A DNA stretch of 64,000 bases from an uncultured Actinomycetes bacterium (lineage in GTDB: Bacteria; Actinomycetota; Actinomycetes; Streptosporangiales; Streptosporangiaceae): contig CAWBDS010000005.1 in the NCBI GenBank assembly GCA_963787645.1, forward strand, positions 56,749-120,748, written 5' to 3'. A program made the position numbers and the translations under genes. How positions within the stretch are numbered: position 1 is the stretch's first letter; every line of letters starts with the position of its first letter. Shown piece by piece: positions 9,421-17,100 of this stretch. The notes under the pieces are model-generated. The model ran no database searches. It had not been told where the DNA came from and saw nothing but the letters and a program-made list of their open reading frames with translations.

Positions 9421-10590
9421 CGCGCCGCCTCGCGGGGCGCACTGCGGGCCGCGCCCTGCTGCGCGGACAGCACCTGCGGGTTGACCACGTCGGCCGGCGC
9501 CCGTCCGGCCAGCACGTCGGTCACCGCGGCCACCGCCCGCCGCGCGCCCCGGTCCAGCGTCTCGGCCGTGGCCCCGCCGATGTGCGGGGTGACGAATACG
9601 TTCGGCAGGCTCAGCAGGGCGTGCCGCCCGCCGTCCGAGGTGCGTTCCAGCACGTCCAGGGCCGCGCCGCCCAGCTGGCCCGACTCCAGCGCCCGGCCCA
9701 GGGCCGCCTCGTCCACCAGCCCCTCCCGGGCGGTGTTGATGAAGTACGACCCGGGCCGCATCCGGGCGAACGCGTCCCGGGAGAACATGTGCTGGTTCTG
9801 CGGGGTCAGCCTGGCGTGCAGCGAGACCACGTCCGAGCGGCCCAGCAGGTCCTCTAGCCCGAACTGGTCCACGCCGGGCGGCACGGCCAGCGGCTGCGGG
9901 TCGTACCCGATCACGGTGAAGCCCAGGGCCCGGGCCCGCCAGGCCACCTCGCGGCCGACGTGGCCGAGCCCGACCAGGCCCATGGTCAAGCTGGGCGCCT
10001 CCCGGCCGAAGAACTCCCCGCCCTCGAACACCGACTCGGCGAATCCGCCGCCCTCGGCCAGGTGACGGGCGGCCCGCGGCACCGCCCGGATCAGCAGCAG
10101 GGCGAAGGCGATGGTCAGTTCGGCCACCGCCTCGGCGTTCTTGCCCGGCGTGTTCACCACCGGGATGCCCCGGTCGGTGGCCGCGGCCACGTCCACGTTG
10201 ACCGGGCCGCCGCGGGCGCAGCCCACCACGCGTATCGGCGCGGCGTCCAGCACCTCCGCGGTCACCGGCGCGCCGTGCACGATCAGCGCGTCGTGCCCGG
10301 CCACGGCCTGCGCGATCTGCGCCGGGTCGCCCACGTACTCCCGCAGCCGCCGCTCGGACTCAGTGCGGGGCGGCGGGCACCGAGACCGAGTCGATCTGCA
10401 GCGTGGACACCTCGATCCGGCCGTCCAGCCCGGCCCCGGAAAGGCCAGCGCCGGAAAGCCCAACGCCGGAAAGCCCAGCGCCGGAAAGCCCAGCGCCGGA
10501 AAGCCCAGCGCCGGAAAGCCCGGCCAGCGCCGTGGCGTATGCGGAGGCCGGCATGTAGGGGTCGCCGACGACCAGCAGGCGCAGGCTCAC
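9417..10590 (-). pseudogene. D-isomer-specific 2-hydroxyacid dehydrogenase, frame-broken as assembled; carries a (GLSGA)6 repeat near the N-terminus
   Basis: The N-terminus VSLRLLVVGDPYMPASAY starts at GTG 10590 (GTGA overlap with the VOC gene stop) and ends at a TGA at 10360. The catalytic body (GCARGGPVNVDV, GLVGLGHVG, FVTPHIGG) continues in another frame to 9417. Confidence 0.8.
10436..10525. repeat. 6 x 15-bp tandem repeat (ccggaaagcccagcg) encoding (GLSGA)n on the minus strand
   Basis: Six contiguous units read directly from the sequence; copies 3-5 are identical and copies 1, 2 and 6 have 1-3 substitutions. The unit length keeps the reading frame. Confidence 0.95.
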
Positions 10591-11105
10591 GGGTACACGT
10601 AGGTGGGCTCGAGGTCGATGGCGTGGCCGCTGCCCGACTCCAGCACGAATTTGATCAGCGGTCCGCTGTCGACGTAGTAGAACTCGATGGATTCGCCGAT
10701 CCGGCCGCCCATCAAGATCTCCGCGCCGCGCTCGCGCCAGTGCTTCTTCAGCGCCTCGCTGTCCTCGATGGAGTGCTTCATGCACGCGATGTGCTGGAGG
10801 CCCTCCCCGTGGGCGTCGAGGAACTCCTGGTAGATGCTCGGCCCGCTGACCGGCTGGATGAGCTCGAAGCCCAGCCCGTCGACCTTGGTCTCCGCGCCGA
10901 TCATGCGGAACTCGCACGGCTCGCCGCGCACCACGGTGTCGTGCAGCAGCGGCGGGGCGTACTCGAACACGCTCCACGGCCCCCAGCCGAGGTTCTCGGT
11001 GTAGGAGCGCAGCGCGGACTCCATGTCCGCGACGACGACGGCGATCTGCGTGATCGTCATGGGTACCGCGGGCGGTACGATCCGCCCGCCATTACCGCTT
11101 GTCAC
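10587..11105 (-). CDS. VOC (glyoxalase/bleomycin-resistance/dioxygenase) family protein
   Basis: IAVVVADMESALRSY...LGFELIQP...FLDAHGEGLQHIA is a typical VOC fold signature. Alternative start is ATG 11060. Confidence 0.75.
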   Translation of the reverse strand: MTSGNGGRIVPPAVPMTITQIAVVVADMESALRSYTENLGWGPWSVFEYAPPLLHDTVVRGEPCEFRMIGAETKVDGLGFELIQPVSGPSIYQEFLDAHGEGLQHIACMKHSIEDSEALKKHWRERGAEILMGGRIGESIEFYYVDSGPLIKFVLESGSGHAIDLEPTYVYP

Positions 11106-11619
11106 CGGGTACCTCCTTGAGTTGGCCGATCAGCAAATCCAGGTTCCGGGCCGGGTCGATCCGGTCGAAGACGGCGCTGCCGCTGACGATGACGTCAATG
11201 CCCCAGCTGGCCATCTCGGCCGCGTTGGCGATGGTCACCCCGCCGTCCACGCCGACCAGCACGTCCGCCCCGGCGCGCCGGGCCAGGTCGGTCATCTCGG
11301 TCATGGTCCGGTGCAGGTGCCGGGTGGCCTCGGCGTGCACGGTGATGACCGCGGCGCCCGCGGCCGCCACGTCGGCCAGCATCCGCCGCGGCTCCTCCAC
11401 CATCAGGTGGGCGTCCACCGCGATCCCGGTCGAGGCCACCGCGGCCACGAACGCCGGGCCCACGGTCAGCTGCGGGCAGAACGCTCCGTCCATCACGTCC
11501 ACGTGCGCCCAGGCCGCCCGGCCCCGCAGGTGCTCCAGCTCGGTCCCCAGCCGGGTCAGGTCGGCGGTGAGTACCCCGGCGCTCAGGGCCGGGGCCGTGT
11601 ACGCCGGCGCCACGGTCAT
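11092..11619 (-). CDS. Ribulose-phosphate 3-epimerase-like protein, shortened (175 aa)
   Basis: HVDVMDG.F.P..T.GP, VDAHLMVEEP, VHAEA..HLHRT and GVDGG..AGSA.F motifs are present, but about 45-55 aa between the HLHRT and VDGG blocks (the M.V.PGFGGQ region) are absent. ATG 11619 follows GGAG. Confidence 0.7.
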   Translation of the reverse strand: MTVAPAYTAPALSAGVLTADLTRLGTELEHLRGRAAWAHVDVMDGAFCPQLTVGPAFVAAVASTGIAVDAHLMVEEPRRMLADVAAAGAAVITVHAEATRHLHRTMTEMTDLARRAGADVLVGVDGGVTIANAAEMASWGIDVIVSGSAVFDRIDPARNLDLLIGQLKEVPGDKR

Positions 11620-11711
11620 GCATGCTCCTATCAGAGCATCCGCTCAGGTATTGCGCATCTGCTCGTATCTGAAGTATTGATCCGGAGGACCGGCGAGATC
11701 AAGACCCGATG
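11620..11711 (-). promoter_or_regulatory. Intergenic control region between the SorC regulator and the Rpe-like/LsrK/LsrF genes
   Basis: 92-bp lower-G+C gap. It contains TTGATC-N18-AATACT (minus strand) and a direct repeat AATACYTSAG x2. The promoter assignment is by eye only. Confidence 0.3.
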
Positions 11712-12677
11712 TCAACAACGCTCGAGCAGGTTCAGCGCCGTGAGCTCGTTGGTGACCAGCACGTCGAGGAACCCGCCGCGCAGCGCGCCGAGAATGGCAT
11801 CCACCTTGTGCAGGCCGCCGGCCACCCCGACCACCTTGGGGATCTGGGCCAGGTCGGTGAGCTCGATGCCGATCCGGCGGTCGTGGATGGGCAGCTTGAC
11901 CACCTGTCCGGCGGCGTCGAAGAACTGGCCGAGGATGTCTCCCGCCACCTGATGGTCGTGCAGGGTGCGCACGTCCTCGGCCTGCAGGTAGCCCATCTGC
12001 ACGATGGTCGCGTCGGCGGCCGGCGTGCCCACCCCGACGATGGCCTGGTCGACGTCGCAGGCCTGCTTGAGCACCTGCTGGATGGCGGGCTCGGCCTTCA
12101 GCGCGGCGGCCAGCTCGGGGGTGGAGGCGACGATGGGCGTGGGGATCACCGTGGCGGTGGTCATCTCGCCTTCCGCGGCCCCCTCGCCCTTGGAAGACAG
12201 GAAGGCCGGCAGGTACGCGTCCACTCCGCCGGTCAGCGAGACCATGTGGATCGGGCCCGCCGCGCCGAAGTTCGTCGACCCGATCACCCGGGACACGGTC
12301 TCGCCCCAGCCGACGCCGAGCGTCCCGCCCGGCCGCAGGTGCGTGCTCATGAACTGGGCGCCGCCCAGGCCCAGCCGGGCGTTCAGCCCGTGCTGGTCGC
12401 CGTCGGCGGCCTGGTGATCGGGAATGACCAGCGCCTCGGTCAGCGCGAAGGTCTCGCGCAGCTGCCTGCTGACCTCAAAGGCGCTCAGGTGGTCGGCGTT
12501 GAGGCTGATCGAGACCAGGCCCACCTTCCGGGCCCGGTCCAGCATCCGGCCCACCGACGCGCGGGACACCGACAGCCGCCGGGCGATCTCGTCCTGGGTC
12601 AGCTCGTCCTTGTAGTAGAACCAGGCCACTCGCAACAGCAGGTCGGTGGCCGCCTCGGGGCGGCTACTCGCGGTCAA
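11712..12677 (-). CDS. SorC/DeoR-type sugar-binding transcriptional regulator (LsrR-like)
   Basis: N-terminal HTH (LTQDEIARRLSVSRASVGRMLDRARKVGLV) and a C-terminal sugar-phosphate-binding domain (VGVAGG..K..AILGALRGG..DVLVT.E). Confidence 0.85.
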   Translation of the reverse strand: MTASSRPEAATDLLLRVAWFYYKDELTQDEIARRLSVSRASVGRMLDRARKVGLVSISLNADHLSAFEVSRQLRETFALTEALVIPDHQAADGDQHGLNARLGLGGAQFMSTHLRPGGTLGVGWGETVSRVIGSTNFGAAGPIHMVSLTGGVDAYLPAFLSSKGEGAAEGEMTTATVIPTPIVASTPELAAALKAEPAIQQVLKQACDVDQAIVGVGTPAADATIVQMGYLQAEDVRTLHDHQVAGDILGQFFDAAGQVVKLPIHDRRIGIELTDLAQIPKVVGVAGGLHKVDAILGALRGGFLDVLVTNELTALNLLERC

Positions 12678-13434
12678 TGACCTGGCCTCCGTCCAGCGGG
12701 ATGACGGCGCCGGTCATGAACGAGGCCATCGGGCTCAGCAGCAGCGTGATCCAGGTCGCGATCTCCTCCGGGGTGCCGATGCGCCCCAGCGGGACCTGGC
12801 CGCGCAGCCACCGGTAGGCCTCGTCCAGGTCGTCGGCCCAGGTCGCGTGGATGGGCGTGTCGACCGGCCCGGGGGCGATGCCGTTGACCCGTACGCCCAG
12901 CGGGGCCAGCTCCCCGGCCAGCGTCTGGGTCAGGTAGTCCAGCGCGGACTTGGTCATCCCGTACACCGACTGGCCGGCCCGGCGCAGGGTGCCCGAGGAG
13001 GAGCTGATGTTCACCACCGACCGGACCGGCGAGTCGCGCAATGCGGGCAGCGCGGCCTGGATCAGGAAGAACGGTGCGCGGACGTTGGTCGCGAGGTGCT
13101 CGTCGAAGCAGCCGGTGTCCCATTCGGCCAGCGGCATGTGCCGCACCACCGCCGCGTTGTTGACCAGCCCGTCGAGCCGGTTGTAGTGGTTCAGGCAGGC
13201 GTCCACGATCCGCCGCGGGCTGGCCGGGTCGGCTAGGTCGGCGGGCACGCTCAGCGCGTCACCGTCGGCCTCGGCGATCTGCGCCGCCACGTCCTTGAGC
13301 GGAGCCTCGCGCCTTCCGGCCAGCACCACCCGGGTCCCCACCGCGCCGAGCTGGCGGGCGGTGGCGGCCCCGATCCCGCTGCCCGCGCCGGTCACGACGA
13401 CCACCGCGCCGCGCAGGCCCACGTCGGTCAGCAC
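12664..13434 (-). CDS. SDR family oxidoreductase
   Basis: TGAGSGIGAA, NNAA, S...YxxxK (YGMTKSA) and PGPVDTP motifs. Start chosen at GTG 13434; the longer 622-aa ORF upstream is non-coding shadow. Overlaps the SorC gene start by 14 nt. Confidence 0.85.
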   Translation of the reverse strand: MLTDVGLRGAVVVVTGAGSGIGAATARQLGAVGTRVVLAGRREAPLKDVAAQIAEADGDALSVPADLADPASPRRIVDACLNHYNRLDGLVNNAAVVRHMPLAEWDTGCFDEHLATNVRAPFFLIQAALPALRDSPVRSVVNISSSSGTLRRAGQSVYGMTKSALDYLTQTLAGELAPLGVRVNGIAPGPVDTPIHATWADDLDEAYRWLRGQVPLGRIGTPEEIATWITLLLSPMASFMTGAVIPLDGGQVIDRE

Positions 13435-13470
13435 GGGCGGGCACCCGGACCCAGGCCGATCATTTGCTCG

Positions 13471-13499
13471 TTTACTGAGCGCATGTTCACGCGTATAGT
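13471..13499 (+). promoter_or_regulatory. Candidate sigma-70-type promoter (TTTACT-N17-TATAGT) upstream of the MEDS sensor gene
   Basis: Hexamers and 17-nt spacer read directly. Flanked by the inverted repeat GCGCAT...ATGCGC. No experimental support. Confidence 0.3.
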
Positions 13500-13611
13500 A
13501 TGCGCGCCGCCGCAAGCGCGGACAAGATCTGATCGCGTCGTGCATGTCATCGCGAATTCTGGGCAGATAGGCCGTCGGGTTGACGTGGTGAAGTACCGAT
13601 GGAGACAAACG

Positions 13612-14568
13612 GTGGTTGCGAGTACTGAGGGCCTGGACGGCGGTCACGTCGTCCAGTTCTACCGGCACGAGGAAGAACTGGCCAGTCAGGTGGCCGGCTA
13701 TCTCCTCAGCGCGCTGCAGGGAGAGGGCGTGGCGGTGGTCATCGCGACCGCGCCGCACCGCAGAGCGTTCGAAGGGCGGCTGACGCGGGCCGGCGTCGAT
13801 CTGGCCGCGGCCGCCCGAGACGGCCGCTACCGGGCCCTGGACGCCGCCGATACGGTAGGCACGCTGATGACCAGCGACGGGCAGCTCGACCGCGGCGCCT
13901 TCGACCGCGTGATCGGCGGCCTGATCGCCGACGCGGGCCAGGGCGGCCGCCCGGTCCGCGCCTACGGCGAGATGGTGGCGCTGCTGTGGGACGATGGCCT
14001 GGTCAACGCGGCCGTCCAGCTCGAGGAGATGTGGGTCTCGCTCGGCCTGGTTCATCCGTTCTCGCTGTTCTGCAGTTACCCGATCCAGTCGGTGACCGGC
14101 GACGGCCACCTGGAGGCGTTCGCCGAGGTGTGCCGGCTGCACGGCTCGGTGGTGGGCGACTGGCCGCTCCCGTCCCGCCCCGAGGCGCCCGGCCGCGACG
14201 CGCCCGCCAGCGATACCGCGAGCCGCGCGTTCGCCCTGTCCGGCGACGCGCCCGCGGCGGCCCGGCACTTCGCGGTCGACGCCGTGCGGCGCCTGGGTGC
14301 CGCCGACCTGGCCGACGACACCGCCCTGGTGGTGACCGAATTGGCCGCCAACGCCATCGTGCACGCCCAGACCGGGTTCACCGTGACCGTGGCGGCCGGG
14401 CCGGACGTGCTGCGCATCTCGGTACGCGACTCGAGCCCGCCGCCCGCCGCGGGCCTGCCTCCGCGCCCGCTGCACGGCCTGGGCGCGGTGGACGCGCTGG
14501 CCAGCCGCTGGGGCGTCGAGCCGTTCGGTCACTCCAGCAAGCTGGTATGGGTGGAACTGCGTCGCTGA
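13612..14568 (+). CDS. MEDS-domain sensor fused to an RsbW/SpoIIAB-like anti-sigma-factor kinase (HATPase) domain
   Basis: GHVVQFY....L......L...L..GE.VVVIA is MEDS-like; the C-terminus ALVVTELAANAIVHA...ISVRD is HATPase_c_2-like. GTG 13612 is preceded by GGAGA at 6 nt. Confidence 0.7.
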   Translation: MVASTEGLDGGHVVQFYRHEEELASQVAGYLLSALQGEGVAVVIATAPHRRAFEGRLTRAGVDLAAAARDGRYRALDAADTVGTLMTSDGQLDRGAFDRVIGGLIADAGQGGRPVRAYGEMVALLWDDGLVNAAVQLEEMWVSLGLVHPFSLFCSYPIQSVTGDGHLEAFAEVCRLHGSVVGDWPLPSRPEAPGRDAPASDTASRAFALSGDAPAAARHFAVDAVRRLGAADLADDTALVVTELAANAIVHAQTGFTVTVAAGPDVLRISVRDSSPPPAAGLPPRPLHGLGAVDALASRWGVEPFGHSSKLVWVELRR

Positions 14569-14582
14569 CCTAGGCTGGGTGA

Positions 14583-15053
14583 GTGCCGGAGATCCGCGTC
14601 CGCCGCGTCTACGACGCGCCCTCGCCGCAAGACGGGGCCCGCGTCCTGGTCGACCGGATCTGGCCCCGCGGCCTGCGCAAGGACGCGGCCCAGCTGGATG
14701 AGTGGGCCAAGGACGCCGCCCCGTCCACCGAGCTGCGCCAGTGGTACGGCCACGACCCGGCCCGGTTCGACGAGTTCCGCCACCGCTACCTGGACGAACT
14801 GTCCGGCCGGCCGCAACGGGCCGCGCTCGGCCAGCTCCGTGCCCTGGCCGCCGCCGGCCCGCTGACCCTGCTCACCGCCACCAAGGCCGTCGACATCAGC
14901 CAGGCCGCCGTCCTGGCCCGGGTGCTGCGTCAGCCCCTCGAGTCCGAACAGCCCGGGGACGCCGCCTGCTGGGCCAACCTGGTCTGCCCCCACTGCGGCG
15001 CCCTGGAATCCGAAGGCCACCGCCCAGGCTGCGCCGCGGCCCGGCTCCCCTGA
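14583..15053 (+). CDS. DUF488 family protein with a Cys/His-rich C-terminal tail
   Basis: RVYD.P...DG.RVLVDR.WPRG..K.......W.K..APS..LR.W..HDP..F..F...Y is the DUF488 signature. The tail is CWANLVCPHCG...H...C. Confidence 0.75.
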   Translation: MPEIRVRRVYDAPSPQDGARVLVDRIWPRGLRKDAAQLDEWAKDAAPSTELRQWYGHDPARFDEFRHRYLDELSGRPQRAALGQLRALAAAGPLTLLTATKAVDISQAAVLARVLRQPLESEQPGDAACWANLVCPHCGALESEGHRPGCAAARLP

Positions 15054-15057
15054 TCGC

Positions 15058-17100
15058 TCACACGAACGCGCTGGTCCCGGTGATCGCGCGGCCCACGATC
15101 AGCGTGTTGATCTCCCTGGTCCCCTCGTAGGAGTAGATCGCCTCGGAGTCGGCCACGAACCGGCCCACGTGGTTCTCCAGCAGGATGCCGTTCCCGCCTA
15201 GCAGCTCCCGGGCCCAGCCCACCGCCTCGCGCATCCGCACCGTGCAGAACGCCTTGGCCAGCGCCGAGTGATGGTCCTCGGCCAGGCCGTCCTGCTGCAG
15301 CGCGGACAGCCGGGCGCACAGGCAGGCCGAGGAGGTGATGTTGGCCAGCATCCGCACCAGCAGGTCCTGGACCAGCTGGAACCCGGCGATCGGCCGGCCG
15401 AACTGCTGGCGCTGCCGGGCGTAGGCCAGCGCGTGCTCGTACGCGCCGCGGGCGCAGCCGGTGGCCTGCCAGGCCACGCCGGCCCGGGTCAGCCGCAGCA
15501 CCTTGGCGGTGTCCTGGAAGCTGTTGGCCTCCTGCAGGCGGTGCGACTCGGGCACCCGGACCCCGTCCAGCGTGATGTGCGCGTTCTGCACCACCCGCAG
15601 CGCGATCTTGTCGGTCATCTTGGCCGGAGAAAAGCCCGGCGTGTCCTTCTCCACCACGAAGCCCTTGACCTGGCCGTCTTCCAGCGACCTGGCCCAGATG
15701 ATCACGTAGTCGGCGAACGTGGCGTTGCCGATCCACTTCTTCTGCCCGTCCAGCACCCACTCCTCGCCGTCACGCCGGGCCGTGGTGGTCAGCCCGCCCG
15801 CCGCGCCGGACCCGACATCGGGCTCGGTCAGGCCGAACGCCCCGATCTTGTCCATCCGCGCCATCTCGGGCAGCCAGCGCTGCTTCTGCTCTTCGGACCC
15901 GCACAGGAAGATGGAGCCCATGGCCAGGCCGCCGTGCACGCCGAAGAACGTCGCGATGGACGGGTCCACCCGGGCCAGTTCCATCGCGATCATGCCGTCC
16001 AGCAGGTAGCCGCCACCCGGGCAGCCGTAACCCTGGTACAGCTGCCCGACGATGCCGAGCCTGCGGAAGCCGTCCATCAGGTCGAACGGGAACTCCTCCC
16101 GGGTCCAGTAGTGGTTGATGACCGGCTGGACCGATTTCTCCATGAACTCCCGGACCCGGCGCAGCAGCTGGCGGCCCTCGTCGTCGAGCGTCTGCTCGAT
16201 CAGGTAGAAGTCGGCGTCGGTCACGGCAGTCCGTGTCACAGCAAACCTCCAAACAGATACGGGTAACGGCGCGGTCAGGAAGGCGTCCACCACCGGAGCC
16301 AGCGACGCTGCCTCGGTCACCAGGCCGAGGTGACCACCGTGGAAGACGTGCAGCTGCGAGCTGGGGATGAGCAGCTTCATCAGCCGGGCGTTGGCCAGCG
16401 GGATCAGCGGGTCGTCGTCGCCGGACACGATGAGCGTGCGCTGGCGCAGCAACGGCAGGAACGGCAGGCTGGTCCAGCCCGCGCCCGCGGCGAGCTGGTA
16501 CAGGTAGCCCCGGGACGGGCCGACCCGGTTGCCGTCGTGCATGACCGCCACGACCTGCTCAGGGTCCTCCCGCGCCGAGCCGCCGTACAGCCGCGGAGCC
16601 ATCTCCTCCAGGTAACCGCGGTCCCGGTAGCGCCGCGGCGTCACCATGTGCCTGAGCACCGACGGCCGGGCCGGCACCATCAGCGAGCCGGTCGCGGTGG
16701 AGACCAGCACCAGCCGCCGGCAGCGGGCGCGCTGGAACGCCGCGAAGTGCTGCGCCACCGCCCCGCCCCAGGAGATGCCGAGCACGTCAACCTGGTCGTA
16801 ACCAAGCGAGGTCAGCATGCTGGCGATCAGCGCGCACAGCCCGGTGAACCGGTACGGACCGGACGGTTCGGCCGAGCCGCCCACCCCGGGCGGGTCGAAG
16901 CGGATCACGTCAGCTGACGAGTCGACCTCGGCGACGAACGGCTCGAGCAGCTCCAGGCTGGCGCCGATCCCGTTGATCAGCAGCAGCGGCGTCCGTGGCA
17001 AGACGCCGGAGCCAGGCCCCGCGGAGGCACCCGGGCGCACCGCCACCCGCAGCAGCCGGCCGTCGACGGCCAGGCTGCGCACCTCAGCGGTCGTGGACAT
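15058..17100 (-). CDS. Single 680-aa ORF joining a PhaZ-type PHA depolymerase (alpha/beta hydrolase, aa 1-~285) to a glutaryl-CoA-dehydrogenase-like acyl-CoA dehydrogenase (aa 288-680)
   Basis: Lipase box GISWGG and Pseudomonas PhaZ-like layout at the N-terminus. The ACAD part has its own GGAGG-N7-GTG at 16239 and ends ...YEGT.EI..LI.GR.ITG. No in-frame stop lies between the two parts. Confidence 0.8.
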   Translation of the reverse strand: MSTTAEVRSLAVDGRLLRVAVRPGASAGPGSGVLPRTPLLLINGIGASLELLEPFVAEVDSSADVIRFDPPGVGGSAEPSGPYRFTGLCALIASMLTSLGYDQVDVLGISWGGAVAQHFAAFQRARCRRLVLVSTATGSLMVPARPSVLRHMVTPRRYRDRGYLEEMAPRLYGGSAREDPEQVVAVMHDGNRVGPSRGYLYQLAAGAGWTSLPFLPLLRQRTLIVSGDDDPLIPLANARLMKLLIPSSQLHVFHGGHLGLVTEAASLAPVVDAFLTAPLPVSVWRFAVTRTAVTDADFYLIEQTLDDEGRQLLRRVREFMEKSVQPVINHYWTREEFPFDLMDGFRRLGIVGQLYQGYGCPGGGYLLDGMIAMELARVDPSIATFFGVHGGLAMGSIFLCGSEEQKQRWLPEMARMDKIGAFGLTEPDVGSGAAGGLTTTARRDGEEWVLDGQKKWIGNATFADYVIIWARSLEDGQVKGFVVEKDTPGFSPAKMTDKIALRVVQNAHITLDGVRVPESHRLQEANSFQDTAKVLRLTRAGVAWQATGCARGAYEHALAYARQRQQFGRPIAGFQLVQDLLVRMLANITSSACLCARLSALQQDGLAEDHHSALAKAFCTVRMREAVGWARELLGGNGILLENHVGRFVADSEAIYSYEGTREINTLIVGRAITGTSAFV

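Noticed and set aside
4461-10065. Very long plus-strand ORFs (4461..6923, 6924..7910, 7684..10065) covering the lsr-like genes.
   Set aside because: They are out-of-frame or antisense shadows of the MFS gene and of the minus-strand permease/LsrF/LsrK/dehydrogenase genes, all of which have strong family similarity. The translations are Arg/Gly/Pro-rich with no domains.
10436-10525. Could the 15-bp repeat array be a CRISPR array?
   Set aside because: The units are contiguous with no spacers, only 15 bp long, and in frame inside a coding region. No cas genes are nearby.
13435-14532. Upstream 360 codons of the 622-aa minus-strand ORF 12664..14532.
   Set aside because: Only the last ~256 codons are SDR-like. 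The rest is antisense to the MEDS/RsbW-like gene and has a junk-like composition, so the SDR start was set at GTG 13434.
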